A stretch of DNA of 64,000 nt, from assembly GCA_964022095.1 (NCBI GenBank), contig CAXHZO010000007.1:25527-89526 (forward strand). Direction: 5' to 3'. The notes below the pieces were generated by a model. The model was given only the letters and a program-made list of their open reading frames with translations. It was not told the DNA's origin and made no database searches. This DNA comes from an uncultured Arcobacteraceae bacterium (GTDB lineage Bacteria > Campylobacterota > Campylobacteria > Campylobacterales > Arcobacteraceae). Of this stretch, positions 59,463 to 64,000 are shown one piece after another (positions within the stretch are counted from its first letter, which is position 1; each line of letters begins with the position of its first letter). A program made the position numbers and the translations under genes.

Positions 59463-59589
59463 GAAATTACTTAAAAAACCGTTTAAATGAAGATTTAATT
59501 AAAAATTACTGTAAATTTAGTTAAAATGCGTTTTTCTTGAAAATAATCAATTTAATAAGTATAGAGTTTATTAAATTTAAGGACAGATA

Positions 59590-60102
59590 ATGGATAAAAA
59601 AATTACTGGTAAAGTATGGAATTTTGGTGCAAACATTGATACAGATATTATTATTGCAGCAAGATATTTAAATAGTTCAGATCCTGAACATTTAGCAAAA
59701 TATGTTATGGAAGATGCAGACCCTGAGTTTCCTAACAAGCTTCAAAGAGGTGATATCATCGTAGCTGGTGAAAATTTTGGATGTGGTTCAAGTAGAGAGC
59801 ATGCTCCAATAGCTTTAAAAGCTGCAGGTGTTGCTGCTGTTATTGCACCATCTTTTGCAAGAATCTTTTATAGAAATGCATTTAATATGGGATTACCAAT
59901 TTTCGAATTACCTGAATCTTTAGAAATTAAAGAGGGTGAAGAGATAACTGTTGATGTAGATGCAGGTGAGATTACAAACAATACTACAAATAAAACTTAT
60001 AAATTTATTCCAATTCCAGATTTTATGCAAGAGTTAATTGCTGCTGGTGGATTAATTAATTATGCAAACCTAGAAGTTGCAAAACAGAAGGATAGTAAAT
60101 AA
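59590..60102 (+). CDS. leuD: 3-isopropylmalate dehydratase small subunit
   Basis: [25 protein letters not shown]. Confidence 0.95.
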   Translation: MDKKITGKVWNFGANIDTDIIIAARYLNSSDPEHLAKYVMEDADPEFPNKLQRGDIIVAGENFGCGSSREHAPIALKAAGVAAVIAPSFARIFYRNAFNMGLPIFELPESLEIKEGEEITVDVDAGEITNNTTNKTYKFIPIPDFMQELIAAGGLINYANLEVAKQKDSK

Positions 60103-61169
60103 TGAAGAAATATAATATTTCAGTAATTAAAGGTGATGGAATTGGACCAGAAATTGTTGATGAAGCAATTAAAGTTTTAGATACAGTTGCTGGTGCTTGT
60201 GATTTCTCTTTTGAATATAAAGAGTATTTAATGGGTGGAATTGCAATTGATGAAACAGGAGTTCCTTTACCAAATGAAACAGTACAAGGAGTTTTAAACT
60301 CTGATGCTTGTCTATTTGGATCTATTGGTGGTGAAAAGTGGGATACTTTACCAAGAGATTTAAGACCTGAAACTGGATTATTAAAATTTAGAGAAGCAAT
60401 GGGTGTTTATGCAAACTTAAGACCTGCTATTGTTTATGATGAACTTGTTAATGCATCAACACTTAAACCAGAAGTTATCAAAGGTTGTGACATCATGGTT
60501 GTAAGAGAGCTTATTGGTGGTATTTATTTTGGACAGCCAAGAGAAAATGATGGTCAAAAAGCATTTAACACAATGGTATATACAAAAGACGAAATTATCA
60601 GAATTGGTAAACAAGCTTTTGAATTTGCTATGAAAAGAGATAAAAGAGTATGTTCTGTTGATAAAGCAAATGTTCTAGAAGTTTCTCAATTATGGAGAGA
60701 TACTATGGAAGAGATTGCAAAAGATTATCCAGAAGTTGAATTATCTCATATGTATGTTGATAATGCAGCAATGCAATTAGTAAGAAATCCAAAACAATTT
60801 GATGTTATTGTAACTGGAAATATTTTTGGAGATATTTTATCTGATACAGCTTCTATGGTTGTTGGTTCTATTGGATTATTACCATCAGCTTCAACTGGTG
60901 ATAAAACAGCAATTTATGAGCCAATTCACGGTTCAGCTCCTGATATTGCAGGACAAGGAATTGCAAATCCAATTGCTACTATTGAAAGTGCAGCTATGAT
61001 GCTTAGATATTCACTTGGTGAAGAAAAAGCAGCTGATATGATTAATAATGCAATTAAAAATGTATTAAAAGATGGATATAGAACTAAAGATTTAGCAGCT
61101 TATGATGCTAAAGAAGTTGTTTCTACTTCAGAAATGGGTGATATTATCGCCAACTACATTAATAAATAA
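60102..61169 (+). CDS. leuB: 3-isopropylmalate dehydrogenase
   Basis: [34 protein letters not shown]. Confidence 0.97.
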   Translation: MKKYNISVIKGDGIGPEIVDEAIKVLDTVAGACDFSFEYKEYLMGGIAIDETGVPLPNETVQGVLNSDACLFGSIGGEKWDTLPRDLRPETGLLKFREAMGVYANLRPAIVYDELVNASTLKPEVIKGCDIMVVRELIGGIYFGQPRENDGQKAFNTMVYTKDEIIRIGKQAFEFAMKRDKRVCSVDKANVLEVSQLWRDTMEEIAKDYPEVELSHMYVDNAAMQLVRNPKQFDVIVTGNIFGDILSDTASMVVGSIGLLPSASTGDKTAIYEPIHGSAPDIAGQGIANPIATIESAAMMLRYSLGEEKAADMINNAIKNVLKDGYRTKDLAAYDAKEVVSTSEMGDIIANYINK

Positions 61170-61201
61170 TTAGAAAGTTTTACTTTCTAATTATTCTTTT
61201 T
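61165..61201 (+). terminator. Terminator after leuB
   Basis: 14-bp stem AATAATTAGAAAGT / ACTTTCTAATTATT followed by CTTTTT. Confidence 0.75.
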
Positions 61202-61287
61202 CTTATTTATAAAATCAAAAAATAATTTATTTAATAGTCTTTAATAACTTTTTGTGTTAAAATCAATAAAAACGATTTGGATATGAA

Positions 61288-62217
61288 ATGAGTGATAAAA
61301 AATATAGACTAGTTACTAGAAGTGATATGGATGGCTTAGTATGTGGAACGCTACTTACTTACCTTAACATTATTGATGATGTTCTTTTTGCACATCCTAA
61401 AGATATGCAAGATGGAAAAGTTGAAATCACATCAAATGATATTGTAACAAACCTTCCATATGTTCAAAATGCACATTTAGTTTTTGATCATCATTTTAGT
61501 GAGACATTAAGAAATGATAAAAGAGATAATCATATTATAAATCCAGATGCACCAAGTGCAGCACAAGTAGTATATGACTATTATGATGGTGATGAAGTTT
61601 TTCCTGGATATTTTACTGGTATGATGAATGGAGCAAATAAAGCAGATAGTGCTGATTTTGTAGAAGAAGATATTTTACATCCAAGAGCATGGGCACTTCT
61701 TAGTTTTATAATGGACTCAAGAACAGGATTAGGACGGTTTAAAGATTTTAGAATCTCTAATTATCAATTAATGATGGATTTAGTTAAATATTGTGCAAGA
61801 CATAATATCGACGAAATACTTGAACTAAGTGATGTAAAAGAAAGAGTTGATATGTACTTTAAATATGAAGAAGAGTTTAAAGAACAACTAAAAAGATGTG
61901 TTACGATTAAAGATAACTTACTTTTAATTGATTATAGAGATGAAGAGATTATTTATCCAGGAAATAGATTTATGGTTTATGCAATGTACCCAGAACAAAA
62001 TATCTCTATACATATTGCTTGGACAAAAGGAAATGAAAAAGTAGTATTTAGTACAGGAAAATCAATTATTAATAAAACATCAAAAACAAATGTTGGTGAA
62101 TTAATGCTTAAATATAATGGTGGTGGCCACAAAGCTGCTGGTGGATGTCAAATCGAAACTTCAAATGCAGATAATATTTTAAATGAGTTAGTTAAACAAA
62201 TAAATCAAGATGGTTAA
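61288..62217 (+). CDS. DHH/DHHA1 phosphoesterase (nanoRNase/exopolyphosphatase-like)
   Basis: RSDMDG, FDHH, GGGHKAAG. Confidence 0.88.
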   Translation: MSDKKYRLVTRSDMDGLVCGTLLTYLNIIDDVLFAHPKDMQDGKVEITSNDIVTNLPYVQNAHLVFDHHFSETLRNDKRDNHIINPDAPSAAQVVYDYYDGDEVFPGYFTGMMNGANKADSADFVEEDILHPRAWALLSFIMDSRTGLGRFKDFRISNYQLMMDLVKYCARHNIDEILELSDVKERVDMYFKYEEEFKEQLKRCVTIKDNLLLIDYRDEEIIYPGNRFMVYAMYPEQNISIHIAWTKGNEKVVFSTGKSIINKTSKTNVGELMLKYNGGGHKAAGGCQIETSNADNILNELVKQINQDG

Positions 62218-62227
62218 AAATAAGCTT

Positions 62228-62590
62228 TTATAGCTTATTTTTAATTATTGTATAGAAGTTATTAAAAGAGGGTAGTTTTAGTTTTGCTTCTCTTTGTTTT
62301 TCTCCCCACATAGGTTCAGGAAAATAAGAATCTTCTTCAAATCTTGCCATTATATGAAAATGTACATGTGGAAGATAGTTCCCAAATGATGCAATATTGA
62401 TTTTCTTTGGATTAAAATATTTAATCATCTCTTTTTCACAAATATCTAAAGCTCTTAAAATTTCTGCTTTTGTTTTTATATCACAATCTGAAAACTCTTT
62501 TAGCTCTTTTTGTGTAAATATTTTTAACCATGGAATTTCTGATTCTTCCACTTCAATTTTTATTAATTCGTTTTGAAAAATTATTGACAA
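62228..62590 (-). CDS. HIT-family hydrolase
   Basis: KINIASFGNYLPHVHFH. Probable TTG start at 62590 after AAAGGT. Confidence 0.88.
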   Translation of the reverse strand: MSIIFQNELIKIEVEESEIPWLKIFTQKELKEFSDCDIKTKAEILRALDICEKEMIKYFNPKKINIASFGNYLPHVHFHIMARFEEDSYFPEPMWGEKQREAKLKLPSFNNFYTIIKNKL

Positions 62591-62698
62591 GTTTTTACCT
62601 TTTGATAGTTTTTTATATTTTGAAGTGAAATAATACATCATTATTGTTTAAATTACTTGATATATCTGCCTTTCAACTACCTTTAAGCAAAAATTAAT

Positions 62699-62857
62699 TA
62701 TAATCCAATTCCATTTTTTCAACCATTAAGGAAGTTTTTATAAAATATTTGTGTTTTATAAAGAGTTGGTGAGGGCCTAATGTTGCTTAGGCCAACATGT
62801 TAAAAGTGTCCTTGCCTGTTGAAAAGTGGTAATAAACACAAAAAGAGGACAAGACTT
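62699..62857 (+). promoter_or_regulatory. TATAAT promoter and structured leader of about 150 nt for the rpmJ-rpsM-rpsK-rpsD operon
   Basis: TATAAT at 62699-62704; nested stems 62711-62723/62818-62829, 62737-62762 and 62774-62793. Confidence 0.65.
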
Positions 62858-62971
62858 ATGAAAGTAAGAGCTTCAGTAAAAAAGATGTGTGATAAATGTA
62901 AAGTTATCAAAAGAAAAGGTATCGTAAGAGTAATTTGCGAAAACAAAAAACATAAACAAAGACAAGGATAA
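62858..62971 (+). CDS. rpmJ: 50S ribosomal protein L36 (absent from the ORF track)
   Basis: [37 protein letters not shown]. Confidence 0.98.
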   Translation: MKVRASVKKMCDKCKVIKRKGIVRVICENKKHKQRQG

Positions 62972-62976
62972 GACAC

Positions 62977-63345
62977 ATGGCAAGAATCGCGGGTGTTGAT
63001 TTACCAAACAAAAAAAGAATGGAATATGCTTTAACTTATATTTATGGTATTGGTTTACATAATTCAAGATTAATCTTAAATGCTGTTGGAATTGATTACA
63101 ACAAAAGAGCACATGAATTAACAGAAGATGAAGCAGCGGCAATCAGACAAGAAATCCAAAAAAACTATATGGTTGAGGGTGATCTTAGAAAGAAAGTTGC
63201 TATGGATATTAAATCATTAATGGACTTAGGTTCATACAGAGGTTTAAGACATAGAAAAGGTTTACCTTGTAGAGGGCAGAAGACTAAGACTAATGCTAGA
63301 ACAAGAAAAGGTAAAAAGAAAACTGTTGGTGCAGCAGCTAAGTAA
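62977..63345 (+). CDS. rpsM: 30S ribosomal protein S13
   Basis: [25 protein letters not shown]. Confidence 0.98.
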   Translation: MARIAGVDLPNKKRMEYALTYIYGIGLHNSRLILNAVGIDYNKRAHELTEDEAAAIRQEIQKNYMVEGDLRKKVAMDIKSLMDLGSYRGLRHRKGLPCRGQKTKTNARTRKGKKKTVGAAAK

Positions 63346-63355
63346 GGAATGACAG

Positions 63356-63748
63356 ATGGCAAAAAGAAAAGTTACTAGAAAAAAAATCGTAAAAAAGAAC
63401 ATTGCTGACGGTATTGTTCATATTGCTGCAACATTTAACAACACTATGGTTACAGTTACTGACAATGCAGGAAATGCAATTTCTTGGTCAAGTGCAGGAA
63501 ACTTAGGATTCAAAGGTTCAAAAAAATCTACTCCATTTGCAGCACAAGCAGCAGTTGAAGATGCTATGCAAAAAGCAATTGAACATGGAATTAAAAATGT
63601 TGGAATTAAAATTCAAGGGCCTGGTTCTGGTAGAGATACTGCAGTTAAATCTGTAGGTTCTATGGAAGGTATTAGAGTTACTTGGTTAAAAGATGTTACA
63701 CCATTACCACATAATGGTTGTAGACCTCCTAAAAGAAGAAGAGTGTAA
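63356..63748 (+). CDS. rpsK: 30S ribosomal protein S11
   Basis: [32 protein letters not shown]. Confidence 0.98.
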   Translation: MAKRKVTRKKIVKKNIADGIVHIAATFNNTMVTVTDNAGNAISWSSAGNLGFKGSKKSTPFAAQAAVEDAMQKAIEHGIKNVGIKIQGPGSGRDTAVKSVGSMEGIRVTWLKDVTPLPHNGCRPPKRRRV

Positions 63749-63758
63749 GGGGCAATAG

Positions 63759-64000
63759 ATGGCAAGATATAGAGGACCAGTAGAAAAAATCGAAAGAAGA
63801 CTTGATGCAGACCTTGGATTAAAAGGTGAAAGAAGACTTAACGGAAAATCTGCATTAGAGAAAAGACCATTTGCTCCTGGACAACATGGACAAAGAAGAA
63901 CTAAGATTTCTGAGTATGGTTTACAATTAAGAGAAAAGCAAAAAGCTAAATTTATGTATGGTGTTTCTGAAAAACAATTCAGAAAATACTTTAAAGAAGC
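63759..64000 (+). CDS. rpsD: 30S ribosomal protein S4, 3'-truncated by the window edge
   Basis: [31 protein letters not shown]. Confidence 0.97.
   Translation, partial: MARYRGPVEKIERRLDADLGLKGERRLNGKSALEKRPFAPGQHGQRRTKISEYGLQLREKQKAKFMYGVSEKQFRKYFKE

Noticed and set aside
62701-62857. tRNA or known metabolite riboswitch in the rpmJ upstream region
   Set aside because: No cloverleaf, T-loop or recognisable aptamer consensus; retained only as a candidate ribosomal-protein leader.
2673-63362. Short ORFs antisense or out of frame within long genes (e.g. 2673-2882, 5700-6053, 16999-17394, 27385-27819, 62873-63142)
   Set aside because: They lie within or across well-supported genes, carry no motifs, and look like shadow ORFs.
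1-64000. CRISPR array, rRNA, prophage
   Set aside because: No regularly spaced repeats, rRNA-like segments or phage genes seen; intergenic gaps are all short.

Overview
Very AT-rich Campylobacterota chromosome segment. Gene content and order point to Arcobacteraceae (inference). The left part is a nickel/cobalt ECF transporter (cbi/nik MLQO) and the hypBCD-EA hydrogenase maturation region, interrupted by a type I restriction-modification locus (hsdM-hsdS-DUF1016/YhcG-hsdR) and by a solo AAA ATPase-wHTH gene between hypD and hypE. Next come a dCache-GGDEF gene broken by a +1 frameshift in an A9 tract and a liv ABC transporter. An accessory block of about 11 kb follows: a 7TMR-DISM/HisKA_2 kinase and a REC-wHTH regulator converge on a 2878-aa multidomain surface lipoprotein ending in DUF1566, whose promoter has an 11-bp-period direct repeat next to its -10. 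The right part is mostly core genes (zapB/zapA-like, pseudopilin, priA, dapD, envC-ftsXE-trmB-FN3-rluD, rodA, hemL, rpoD, leuDB, rpmJ-rpsMKD), with a GH114 lipoprotein and a class D beta-lactamase among them. The best candidates for novelty are the two-component/giant-lipoprotein module, a structured leader with an anti-SD switch before a stand-alone rpmJ-rpsM-rpsK-rpsD operon, two genes that appear to start at non-AUG codons, and three probable leaderless genes. No rRNA, tRNA, CRISPR, transposase, integrase or reverse transcriptase was seen. All family assignments come from motif recognition by eye, not from database searches.
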